From the NCBI RefSeq assembly GCF_009914755.1, contig NC_060946.1: a stretch of DNA of 64,000 nucleotides; one strand, written 5' to 3'. How positions within the stretch are numbered: position 1 is the stretch's first letter; the number at the start of each line of letters is the position of its first letter. This document shows, piece by piece, positions 45,795 to 60,317 of this stretch. The notes under the pieces were generated by a model. It was not told where the DNA came from, ran no database searches, and saw only the letters and a program-made list of their open reading frames with translations. Origin of the DNA: the human T2T-CHM13v2.0 reference genome, Homo sapiens. The position numbers and the translations under genes were made by a program.

Positions 45795-46493
45795 TTAGCA
45801 CACTTAGAATGTCTGTTGAACAGAAATTTAATGATATCAGGGAGAAACAGACCTAGACTTAGAAACAGACCTAGTTATTCAAAATCTAGACCTAGAAATA
45901 GACCTCGTATTTAAGAGTGAGATATTTAGAAATTATCATGAGATTTGTAAGGTTTAAGTTTTGCTAAGGATAAGGTAAATCAGTCTCATGCCAGAGGACA
46001 TGGTTGATGATGCTGTAGTGTTATCTGTACACCGACATACAACCCTTGGGATCTCAAGACTTAGCAAGCACTGGTTAAGTTCAGTCAATCAAATTAACCA
46101 GAAAATATTTAAGATTCTTTTCCTCCTCTCCTATTCTCTCATTCCTGTTTTCTTCTCTCTTTTTCTTTCCCTTCTGCCCATGCCACAATCCTGCCAAATG
46201 TTTAAGGATATTAGCTATGCCTCAGGGTAGAATGCTTTAGCAAAGATTGCCGAGATTTCTGCCTGAGGTATAAATTTGGTTTTAGTCACAGTATTCTTAG
46301 AAGGTTCCAAAGATTCTATATTACCCTGTGCACCAGGGTAAGACAGAACTTCAAAAAGAGATAGGTCAGTTCTAGAGGCCAGGAGGGGAAAAAAAAAAAA
46401 AAAGAGCAAAAGAGCTAGGGCTTGAGCTGGAAGGATGAGGATGGGACAGGGGGTGGAGGAGGAAGATATATATGCAGGCAAAATATGTCATTA

Positions 46494-47830
<1,337 letters not shown>

Positions 47831-48302
47831 CTGTTTTAGTAATATGAGTAAAAAGAATGGTAGCAAACCTGATAAACTCATGGTCAGAATGAAAAATAGA
47901 CAAAATGCCTGCATATAAATTTTAACAAACTTTCTATTGGGATACTTGATTTCCAAGTGGCAATAAAGTACAAAACCAATTATTGATACATTCAACTACC
48001 CACAGTTGCCTCTATCAAGGAGAATTTTTACTTTATTTTGTTTGGTTTTGGCCTCTGTGCCTTTGATCATGTTTTCTTACCCATTTCAAAATGCCCAAAT
48101 CTTAAAAATGCTACCTTAAATGCCATCTGCTCCACAAAGCTCTTCCTGATTACCTCCAACTAGAAGTGATTTCTCTTTCCTCTGAACTTATATGGCATTC
48201 TCTATTTGTTTTTAGACATACTTATTTTATTGATTAGATGAATTCTCTAAGGATAGAACCTGTCCATCCATCTTCCTATTTCTCACAAATAATTAAGCTA
48301 AA

Positions 48303-48608
<306 letters not shown>

Positions 48609-49485
48609 TTAAGCTAAAACAGTTTATACAGTATATGCTCATCAGTATATGAAAAGAGAAGGTCTGCAATAAATTCAAACTACAAATCAGAGGTAACTGA
48701 ATGAATCACCACATACAGACCATCCCTAATTTGTTAGTCAGTCAATATTCATTCAATCATGATATCTTCAACATTGCATGAAGGCCTACAAACAGCAAAA
48801 ACTATTCAAGAGCTGAAAATACAGGGGAGAAAAAGTAGAAAATAATACACACCAAAATACCATTCGATAAATGCCACGCTTATTCCAATATGGCTTGGGA
48901 GAAAATAAAGCAGCAATTGCTACTATAGCCACCACCACCACCATCTAATTTCTCAGGGTGAAGAAAACCCAGAAATATTTCACAAGCAATTAATGCTTAA
49001 AATGTACTTTAAAAAAACTAGCGGGAGTTTTCTAGATGGATTAGGGTGGTGGTGGGAAGCTTTGAGGCAGTGGAACAACTTTTCAAGTGCATAAAACAGC
49101 ATAGCATACATGAAGCCATACCTACAGAAAGGCAGGCAGGTCAGCATACCCAAAAAAAGTCAAAAGCCTATTTAAAAATATCCATGGAAGAGTTCTATTG
49201 ATTCTAAGGTACTGAGAAAATTGTAAGGCTTTCTACACCAATGGAAATCTTTAAATTATACCTACCAGAAAATAGCAAATCATAGTTAAGTATGGAAACA
49301 CTCCTTTGCATGACACATGGTACAGAAAGGAAGTATGGGTAATAACAGAGTAAACCATGGAATGGCTGATATGCATTTCTGTTTTGGAATGAGAGACATG
49401 GCATACAAACTGTGAGGCAAGGAATTAGCAGTTTTGTTAAAAGTGTCATTCATAAATCAGTAAATGGATAGGACAATAGTTATTC

Positions 49486-49621
49486 ACTTTTTGTTTTTAA
49501 GTTAGAGGCAGGGTTTTCACCATGTTGGCCAGGCTGGTCTCACACTCCTGACCTCAAGTGATCTACCCACCTCAGCCTCCCAAAGTGCTGGCATTACAGG
49601 CATGAGCCACTGTGCCTAGCC
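49486..49621 (-). mobile_element. Alu left monomer
   Basis: Single arm; TSD about tagttattcacttt. Confidence 0.85.
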
Positions 49622-49822
49622 ATTAGTTATTCACTTTAAATTTACAAGACAATATATAAAGGTTAAGGGGCAAAATGTAAAACTTTCAGAGCAGGAAATA
49701 ATTTTAAATATTCTAATACTGTTAGGGAAACATACCTAAAAATAATTTCACATACATTATCTTATACAACAAAACTTTTTTCTCTCCATAATAACTTTTA
49801 TCTCAACTAACTCATAATACCT

Positions 49823-50295
49823 TTTTGGTGAACTACAAAAAATTGGTCATAATATTTCACAGCTCCTCCATCAAGAAGTGGAATTTGTTTCTTCCACCCC
49901 TTGAATTTGGTCTTAGCTTTGTGACTCACATTGGTCTTGGGGATATTAGCAAATATCACACAAGCAGAGGCTTGACAGGTGCCTGTTCACTGAGGCTTGC
50001 CCTCTCTTGCTACTCTCTGGAACCCCGACACTACTGTGTGAAGAAGTGTGAAGGACGAGAGCAAGTGGAATACAGATGAACTGCTCCAGCTGAGCCCCCA
50101 GATCAACTAACCTGCCAACTGCCAGACATGAGAGTGAGGTTATCCTAGACCACTGAGGCTCAGCAAATGCGGCCAAGACTAAAACAATCACCCAAACTCC
50201 TGACCCGCAGAACTCTGAGCAAATAAATGATTAACACTTTGTTAAGCTATTAAGTTGTGGGAAAGTTTGTTACACAGCAAAACCTAACTGACACA
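49823..50295 (+). mobile_element. MLT1G/H-like MaLR LTR
   Basis: ctcctccatcaagaagtgga...ccccttgaat...ttgttacacagcaa...aactgacaca. Confidence 0.8.
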
Positions 50296-50329
50296 ATTTC
50301 ATTGCATAACATGAAGATGTAAACCTCAA

Positions 50330-50600
50330 TACTGACACCAACACCACACTGTCTGCAGGCTTTAAATCAGGCTGTGTTAGTCCTGCAACTTTGTTTTCCT
50401 TCTTCAAAGTTGTTTTGGCTATTCTAGGTCTTTGGCATTTCCATATGAGTTTTAGAATCAGCTTGTCAATTTCTACAAATATCTGGCTAAGATTCTGATT
50501 GGGATATACACTGAATCTACAGATCACTTTGGGGAGAATTAACATCCGAGAGAATTGAGTCTTTCTGACTATCAACACAGTATATCTCTCCACTTCATTC
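50330..50600 (-). mobile_element. L1 ORF2 fragment (inverted)
   Basis: Translates ILPKVICRF...IDKLILKLIWKCQRPRIAKTTLKK, L1 ORF2-like. Confidence 0.85.
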
Positions 50601-50741
50601 CACTATTCAAATAAAGGGTTTTTAAAGATTATGACTATCTTTTCTCTAGGCCTGTACTGAAATCGAATGCTATACCTGATGTTTGTAACACTTATCATTT
50701 CTTCTGAAGTCTGCTAGATCCCATAATACTCACATCCCTAT

Positions 50742-52075
50742 AAGACTGTATGATACTGGTGTCAAGAGAGAAAAATAGATCAGTGAAACAGAATAGAAAG
50801 TCCAGAAATAGATCCACAGGTGCAAACGGAATTCAGTAGAGAAAGAACAGTCTTTTCAACAAATGGTGCTGACACAACTGGATGAAAAGAAACGAGATTT
50901 ATACTTCTTTCCAAATACAAAACAACTCAAAATGGACCACATACCTAAAAATGTAAAAGATAAAACTGTAAAACTTCTAGGAGAAAACTTCTGTGACCTT
51001 GGATTAGGCAAAGATTTCTAAGCTATAACATTAAAAACATAATCCATAAAAGAACAATAAATTGGACTTCATTTAAAACTTCTGCTTATCAAAAGACACT
51101 GTGAGGAGAATAAAAAGACAAGCCACAACTGAGAGAAAATGCTTGCAAAGTATACACCTGATAAAGGACTTGTATTCAGAATATACAAGAACTCTCAAAA
51201 TTCAACCATAAGAAACAAAACAACCCACGTTTTTTAAAAAATGGGCAAAAAAAATGAACACCTGATTAAAAGAAGATGGTAAATGAGATAGTAAACAAGC
51301 GCATGAAAAGAAGCTCAGTATCATTATTCACTAGGAAATTAGAACCTATTAGTATGATATCACTACATACCTATTTAAAAGACTTCGACAATACCAAGCT
51401 TTGGCAAGGCTATGGAGGAACCGAAAGTCTCATATGCTGCTGGTGGAATGTAAAATGGTATAACCAATGTGGAAACAGTTTAGCAAGTTCTTATAAATTC
51501 AAACACACACCTACCATATGATCTATCTATTCTAACTATTTACCCAAGAGAAAAAAGAACATATAAAGAATATGAATATGAATACTCATAAAAAATCTAT
51601 TTGTCTGGCCTAAAACTGGAAACAATCCAAATATCCATCAACAGATAAGTAATAGTGATAAACAAATTGTCATATATCCACAATTACTACTACTTAGAAA
51701 TAAAAATTAATGAACCACCAGTATATACAGTAACATGGATGAATTTCAAAATAATTATGCTGAGCGAAAGAAGCCACGCAAAACAGTACTTATTGTATGA
51801 GTCCATTTTTATACAATACTAGAAATTGCCAACTAATCAATAGTGACAGAAAGCAGATAAGCGGTTGCTTGGAGATGTGCTGGGGAGGTAAGAGCATATT
51901 GGGAGCACTACAAAGGGGCATGAGAAAACTTACGGAGATGATTCATATGTTAATTATCTTGGTTGTGGTGATTTCACGGGTATATACATATGCCAAAACC
52001 TAACAAATTAATTTTATATAGGTGCAGTTCATTGTATATCAATTATACCTCCATCGAGTTGTTAAAAAATTAAAA
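50742..52075 (+). mobile_element. L1M ORF2 end plus 3'UTR
   Basis: atagatcagtg-aacagaatagaaagtccagaaatag; tcttttcaacaaatggtgctg; 3'UTR motifs. Confidence 0.85.
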
Positions 52076-52419
52076 TAATGAATTCTTGTCCCACTTAATG
52101 CAATGAATTTTTGAAGGGTTAGTTATTTTCTTTGGAGGGGGGGGGGAATGATAAAAGGAGATGGGGGAAAGGCATCCGTCTTCCCTAAAACACTACAGAA
52201 AAGGTCTTCTGAAAAGGAAGACTGGTAGCAAATTCCTTCTGATCAGTCTAGATTAGCCCCCTGCTAGAGAACCCCTTTAGCACGTGCATACATCCTCCTC
52301 ACTTTGCCAGACATATCATCGTTTCTGTCTCTCCCACTTCAGGAGGGCAGGTACTACATAGTCCACCTTCTTCCTTAAAGTATCCCTAATACCTAGCAGA
52401 GTACCTGGTTGTAGTACAC

Positions 52420-52660
52420 AAGCAACATCACATGTGGGTAAGAGTTCAGGCCTCTGTTAAGCCAGGCTACTTGATTCGAATCTTAGCTCCATAACTTCTT
52501 AGCTGTGTAATTTGAGAAAAGTTATTTAACACCTCTCTGCCTCAAGTTCTTCGTCTGGAAAAAGAAGATAATAATAGTACCTATCTCATGGGGCTGCTGT
52601 GATGACTAAATCAGTTGATATATGAATAGGCCTGGCATATACTGATTATTAAATTATAGT
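52420..52660 (+). mobile_element. MIR
   Basis: ttcgaatcttagctcc...ataataatagtacctatctcat. Confidence 0.75.
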
Positions 52661-52889
52661 TGATGTTATCGGCGTCATTGCTGTCGTCGTCATCATCATT
52701 ATCTCTGATAATTGAAGGACATTTAAAAGAGATTGAGAATTATCTGAATTACGAAGCTAAATCTATATCTGAGGAATAAGTGGCCTCAACAGCAGGCAGA
52801 AAGCATATAAAGAACTAGGTAACTGTGTTAGGAGGAGAAAAGTCAGCTGGGGGGCAGGGGAGAGCACCTACCCATACCTAGCACAGGGC

Positions 52890-53035
52890 ATTTACGTTAT
52901 TTTTGTAACATATTGTTGTTATTTTGTAAATATTTGTAACATTTTACAAAATATGTTATTTTTGCAAATATTTGTTATTTTGTAACATATTTATGTTATT
53001 TTTGTAAATTTATGTTACATTTCTGTAACATAAAT
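52890..53035. repeat. AT-rich degenerate direct/inverted repeat
   Basis: Recurring gttattttgtaa / tgtaacat units. Confidence 0.8.
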
Positions 53036-55224
53036 CAAGTGAGAAGACTACCCTTGACCAAGAAGGGAATATCAATAAATAAAGGAGGAGAGAAAATTGA
53101 AGTGATTTTTATGCCAAAGCAAATTTCCTTAAGCACAAAGCAGGCAACATGTTCTCTCTTTAACAGTACCGAAAAACAATAAGAAGCCATTCTCTTGCGT
53201 TCAAAATAAAAAGCTAATCCAAAAAGGCGGCCAGGGTGTCTTGAGCGTGTACCTGCCCCTCTTCTTGGATTGTGTTCACTATGCTCATGCCTTACAGATG
53301 AGCTGTCAGGAATCTGACAGCTGCACCTGACTCTCATACCTACTGGGGATAGAGACAGGGCTCTAAGAGCAGCAATGTAGCAGTTGTGGGAATCCTTGGG
53401 TTAGCACTAGCCCCTTGATCCATTCAGACCTGTAATCTCTTCTGACTTTGATTTAATGCAGCAATTACTGGTAATGTGGTTTGAAGGAGATAAATGCCCA
53501 GTGTAGCCAGCTGTCGTTTACCCTGCTCACGATGCAAGAATATTTTTAAATTAAAATTCCCTTTATGATAAAGGAGCTGCTTCACTGAATGTTTCTGTGC
53601 AGCTCTGATATGGAACTTCCCCCAAAGCGGATTAGAAATCGAAGTTGCCCCTCCTCACTTCGGGCAAAGCATGCATATATACAATTACTCCAACACCTAA
53701 AGTGAGTTCCTTAACCCTAAATTTCCCATTTATACAATTAGATCCTGGTAAAAACTTCTTCTGCTTCTCAGATCAGTGTCAGCATTACATGATTTTCATT
53801 AATAATGATTCATCTGTTTTTGCAAACATATTCTCTTAATTTCCTTTTAAATTAATATGCAAAGTAAACATTCATAATCATATATGCATAAAAGACCTTT
53901 TTACCTATTTCACTTGGAAAAAATAAAGTACAGCTGAACATAAAATATCAAAAAATAAAGCCAGTTTTATTTTAACTCATAATACAATGTTTTGCTACAC
54001 TTTTTATATCTAGGAATCTGAGTAATTAAGTCATAAGTGAAATAAACATAGAAGGGTTCATAGTACCTACCAGGGTTTTTTCCCCATGACCTGAAACCAC
54101 TATAATATAGCAATTTAAGGAATTTACATAAGTTACTCAGTCCAGGTCAAAACTGTATAATGTGGGCAAATCAGTTGAAAACAATGATGACAACCACCAC
54201 CCAATAACTAGAGGGAACATAATCATGTGAGGCCCCAAAGGTGAACATTTGGTACAGGTTTACTGGTTGCTGAATCAATCAATAAAAGTTTTGATCTAAT
54301 TCTCAAACTTCCCACCCCCAAAAGTAGAAATAAGAAAAATAATAACTTATACTTAGGATCTATTACTTTGATTGCTTGGAGAGGATGGTCACTGACAATT
54401 ATCCTTTGAGAAATGAAAGAAACAGAGCACAAGGTCTGAATCAGTTATATTGTGCAAAGTAGAAACAGTGACTTAAGACCAAATGTGTATTTTCTTTTCC
54501 TAATGCACACAGCACCAGTTCAGGGCAAAGGTCAAAAGCTAAGAAATGACTTTTTGTTCCACTATTAGAAAGCAGTGTCTCCATTGCAATTAATTCATCC
54601 AATATTTTTTGACTAAGAGCTTCTAAACTGAAATAACATCCCACTTTCAGAAGAGTGCCATATGCCTTCTCAGGAAATCCAAGGCTAAGACTAGATTCCC
54701 TCTCAGGAGGCCCTGCCAAGACCTACTTTAATCTTAGGTTTAAGAATACAGAACTGATGTCATCCTTGCAATACTAATGCTACTCTGCAGAAGTATTCAT
54801 GGGTCTTTGGCTCTCTTTGAGAAAACTGATCTTCTCTTTCATAGAAAGATAGATAACTTTGGAAAAATAACTGTATGAATATATACTACATACATGGATG
54901 GATGGATGGATGGATGTATATCTCGGCCCTTGGAAAAAAAGCCTGGCATGATTAATAAGATTAAAGAGGGATTTAGGATAAATAAGATGAAAGTTAGTAT
55001 GATCCTTACAGGATTAAACCCTAAATCCTAGTATGAATCCAATGAGTTTTTAAGATCAACACCATATAACAGGATTAAATCAATAGCCACTTTTGTTTTA
55101 TATTGAAAACAATCATAGTTGGTAACACCAGGCCTATAGCACCAATTCCTCAGTTAAACACTGAGGAGTTCAGGACTAAACAGGGGCTTTTCCTCTGACT
55201 AGGCTTGGTGACTGCCCTACCTAC

Positions 55225-55612
55225 ACAGGTCCAAAAACCCGTATCTTTAATTCCAGCGTTCAAAAAGCCTGGAAAACTAAGTTTCTTTCTTCACCATCCT
55301 TTTCCCCTCCCCCATCTTTATTATTATTTTTTTTTGATGGTGATAGAAGAGGGATTCACTTTGATAGAAGAGGGATTCACTTAGTGACAAATGTGACCTA
55401 AACCAGTGTGGATATAACAATATTATGGTGTGAATATTCAAAAACATTTAGCTGCAAATAGATGAGTATGATTACACAGTGTTGCCTCTTACCCAAATAC
55501 TGGTGGTTAGCCTAATATAGGGTACATGTATTGCATATTCTTTCTAAAACCCAAAAGATTCCAAATGATAATACATATCTGGCTTCCAGAGTTTCAGATA
55601 AAGGACTGTTGT
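55225..55612. mobile_element. Old Tigger-like DNA transposon remnant
   Basis: Degenerate TIRs caggtcca...tatc / gataaaggactgt. Confidence 0.4.
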
Positions 55613-56242
55613 GTTGTTCTTTAGCTAAAAAAAAGGCAGCTATGCCATGAATAACAGCAAATCAAGGAAAAAAATTAAAATTGTTAACACAATAAGCAAC
55701 AACATGCCAAATATTGGCTATCACACTGTAGCCAGTGTGTCTAAGATGGATATGCACTGGGGATAAATTAGAAGACACAGAGATCCAGCTGGAACTACAT
55801 ATGCTACAGATTGATAATTACATTTTAATAACTAGAAAAATAGTATATTTTAAGTAAAATTTCTCAAAAGGTTGGTTTAGGGGTAAGCTTTTAAAACCTG
55901 CCATCAATCAAAAGCAAACAATAACAAAAGACTTTTGGGGGTATACCAGAAAAGACAACGTGAAGGTTTATTCAAACTGCATAATTAAATATGTATTTCC
56001 TAAATACCTTTGTAGTCTTATGATTCTTAGAATTTTAATTCCTAAAATAAACACAGAAAGGCAATTTGGAACATAATATATACGCCATTTTTTTGAAAGT
56101 GCATACATTAATTTTCAAACTCATTTATATTTATTAATTTCAAACAATTTATCTTGGAATATTTATATTTATGCATTAATTTACACACATGCATCTCTTT
56201 GATAGACATACTATTATTTAATTAACATAAAACAAAACTACA

Positions 56243-56690
56243 GACTTCTGCTTCCAGGAAGATGGAATACACATACTTTTCCCTATCCCTCCCACTAAGT
56301 ACAATTTAAAACCCTAGACATTTCATATATTAAACATAAGATGACTCCTCAAAGGTTGAAAGAAGCAAGAAAACTAGACAGGGTGGTGAGTTCCTTGGGT
56401 TTTCTTCTTGCCTCATGTAGCCCAGACTTGCAACTAAAGGACCCAGAAACACCAACAGGCACTGACAAAAAAAAGCCCCCAGTGAAAGGCTCCTCTCAGC
56501 CAAAGAACAAGAAAAGGGGTGGCCTAGCAAGACAGAAAACATGCAGGCTGCCTTAATCCAGCCAAATACCACTTCACTCCCACTCACGCCAGGAAAGGCC
56601 AAGTGAGGAGCCTTCACTTCTACCCTGGCCAGGCTCTAACCAGGAGTCTCAACATCCCCATCCAAGAAATATCACAGAATTAGAGAGCCC
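56243..56690 (+). mobile_element. Old L1M 5'UTR fragment
   Basis: gacttctgcttccaggaagatgg start. Confidence 0.6.
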
Positions 56691-57632
56691 TTGGAGCCCT
56701 ACAGAATGTGTAACAGTATCTACGTTCAATGTCTTGATTTCATAACTGCATTGTGGTTATGTAAGAAAACGCCTTTATTCTTAGAAAATAAATATGAAAT
56801 TATCTAAGACTGAAGGGATTTTATATGCACACACATGCACACACACACACACTTAAAACGTACTTTCAAATGGTTCAGAAAAAAAGAGAATAGTACAGCA
56901 AATGTGGCAAAATGATAAAGAAAAGAACCTTTTAAGGTTAACAGATATATTCACTACCTTTCCTGTGATTGTGTCACAAGTAGTTTGCCTATGTCAAAAT
57001 TCCATCAAATACCACACTTGAAACATTTGCATGAATCTACAATTATCTCAAAACAAAGTTTAATGAAAACAAAATCTACTTGGCACTGAAATCCAGAATA
57101 ATATGAGTACATCTGCCAGCAGTTTTATATTTTGATGTCACCCAGAATGCCATAAAGTGATGACACCTAATGTTTGTAATGATTATATCATGTATTTCTT
57201 CCTTTGGAGTTACCAAATCATTGTATGGGCTTTACAATGTATTCTTTGCGTTTACTAGACACACAATTGCTCACACCATAGGACAAAATCAGTATGCAGA
57301 AACCACCTTGTAATAGCCTTTTTAATTTGTTATTCATGTTTCTTAAATATACTAACTAAATATTGTTGCTTTGGTAAGGGTTACCAGAACTTAAAGAGAT
57401 GGGCCCTCTGTAAGTAAGTTTGATTAGCTTTTTAAAATTAGCATTCTTTGAAAACTATTTTATGAAGAAAAAATTAAGGGCTCCCATCTTCCATTTGACC
57501 ATCAGTTCTACAATTTAAAATTTTTTTAAATTTTTTCTTTTTTACCTCCAGAGGAAGTTCCCTTGAATCCTCTTAGCCAAAAACAAAATATGACTATCAA
57601 ACAAAAGACATAAACACTTTTAGATATGATTA

Positions 57633-58005
<373 letters not shown>

Positions 58006-58227
58006 AAAACCAGTTTTTATATTACCTATATAAACTATTGGAACTTAAGAAAAATTAGGATAGAAATTTTGGCTTGAATCAAATAAGGACCAATACTAAT
58101 ATGTAGAACCTTCATAGAAAGTGTAGGTTAACACCATAGTGCTTGTTACTTCCCATTTTAAACAGCAAAAGTGAGAAAGGATCTATCACAGATACTTTTG
58201 GAATAATCTTTTTAAAATAAGATAATA

Positions 58228-58393
58228 GGCAGGCGTGGTGGCTGACACCTGTAATCCTACCAATCTGGGAGGCCAAGGTGGGAGGACTGCTTCAGCCCAG
58301 GAGTTCAAGACCAGCCTGGACAACATAGTCAGGCCCTGTCTCTATTTTAAAAAAAAAAAAATTAAAAACTAGCCAGGTGTGGTGGCACGTGCC
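58228..58393 (+). mobile_element. AluJ, 3'-truncated
   Basis: Left arm, linker and start of right arm. Confidence 0.85.
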
Positions 58394-58957
58394 AAGTTTC
58401 CACTAAGTATGGGCACTAGTTAATGTATTCTTAATATGGTTGAGCTTCACAAGGCCCATGATCTCCTGAAAACTGTGTTGCAAAATGTTGTAAATACGTA
58501 CACTGTTCTGGGGACCTAGTCCAGAGATTTCATTAAATTCTCAAAGATGTTCGAGACTCAAAATAAAGATTAAGAAACAACAGGCCAGAAATTAACAAGG
58601 TCATGAGACAATTCCTTCTTTAAGGTATTGTTCCATTTAAACACACCTATCTTTCCTTGGCAAACAATCATTACTTCTAGTTTAGGTATTTCCCCCCAAG
58701 TCTACTTCCTAATGCTACCTCTTTTGAATGTTTTCCTTTGGTTAAAGGGCTTTACCTTTATTTCTAACCCTCAACTGCTTTCACAGAAACCTCAATCCCT
58801 TTTTCTACTAAGGGCTAGGCCAGAGATCCAATTCCTAGGCTACCCCACCCCACTGTGATTCTTTCAAGTCAGGAACCAACTGACAAGAAAACATTCCAGC
58901 TCCAACACATTCCAACTGTCTTACTAAAGGGGCTAGTCCACTAAGAAAGACTTCTGT

Positions 58958-59217
58958 GGGGTTTTGTTGTTTGTTGTGGTGCGATCTCGGCTCACTGCAA
59001 CCTGCTTCCTGGGTTCAAGCGATTCTCTGCCTCAGCCTCCCTAGTAGCTGGGATTACAGGCACCCACCGCCACGCCTGGCTAATTTTTGTATTTTTAGTA
59101 AAGACAGGGTTTCACTTGTCCAGTCCAGGCTGGTCTGGAACTCCTGACCTCAAGTGATTTACCTGCCTCAGCCTCCCAAAATGCTGGGATTACAGGCATG
59201 AGCCACCACACCCAGCC
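58958..59217 (-). mobile_element. AluS
   Basis: Reverse Alu with 3' deletion. Confidence 0.88.
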
Positions 59218-59227
59218 AACGGCTGAC

Positions 59228-59228
<1 letters not shown>

Positions 59229-59268
<40 letters not shown>
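59229..59268. repeat. A40 homopolymer
   Basis: Direct. Confidence 0.95.
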
Positions 59269-59269
<1 letters not shown>

Positions 59270-59270
<1 letters not shown>

Positions 59271-59373
59271 TAGACAGGGTCTCAATATGTTGTCCAAGCT
59301 TGTCTGGAACTCCTGGCCTCAAGCCATCTTCCCACTTCAGCTTCTGAAAGTGCTGGGATTCTAGGCGTGAGCC
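59270..59373 (-). mobile_element. FLAM/Alu left monomer
   Basis: Single reverse arm. Confidence 0.85.
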
Positions 59374-59989
59374 TTTTGATGTTGTTTTTTCTTTAAACAG
59401 TTGTTTAAGCTAATCTGGTTCAAGTCCTCAGGAGAAAATCTTGGGTCAAGAATATATTGCCCCTTATGGTCATGTCCAAATTTTTCTCAAGTCATCCCTC
59501 ATCTTTTAGTCTGAAGAAGCTCTAATGACATACTTCTACTGCAGACTTACCAAAGTGGAAATTCTTTTAGTCACTGTGAGAAAATGAGAGACTCTAAACC
59601 TGTGTTTTTAACCATTTTAAAAACCTTTATCATATTTACTTTTATCTTCTGAAACTTTCATCAACCCAGAATAGCACGTACAACCTACTTTCTGAAATGT
59701 TTATTATGAGTTAGAGGTTTAAATTTTTTTGAACTATACAGTCTCTTACTCTAACACTGAATTCTGATTTATACCTCCCTCTCATTTCTGATTGAGATCA
59801 TGGCTCTAAACATACAGAATGTAAATATGGACTTTTGTGGCAAGGCCCTTTCAAAAGGTTCAAAATAGTAGTCTATATGCAAAAGAAAAAGTATAACAGA
59901 AAAGGGGTTTGCAGTCACTGCTGTGTCATTAGAGAAACAATAAAATTGGAACGCAGGAGGCCCAGGAGTTTCTATTTAAAAACAGTCAT

Positions 59990-60317
<328 letters not shown>

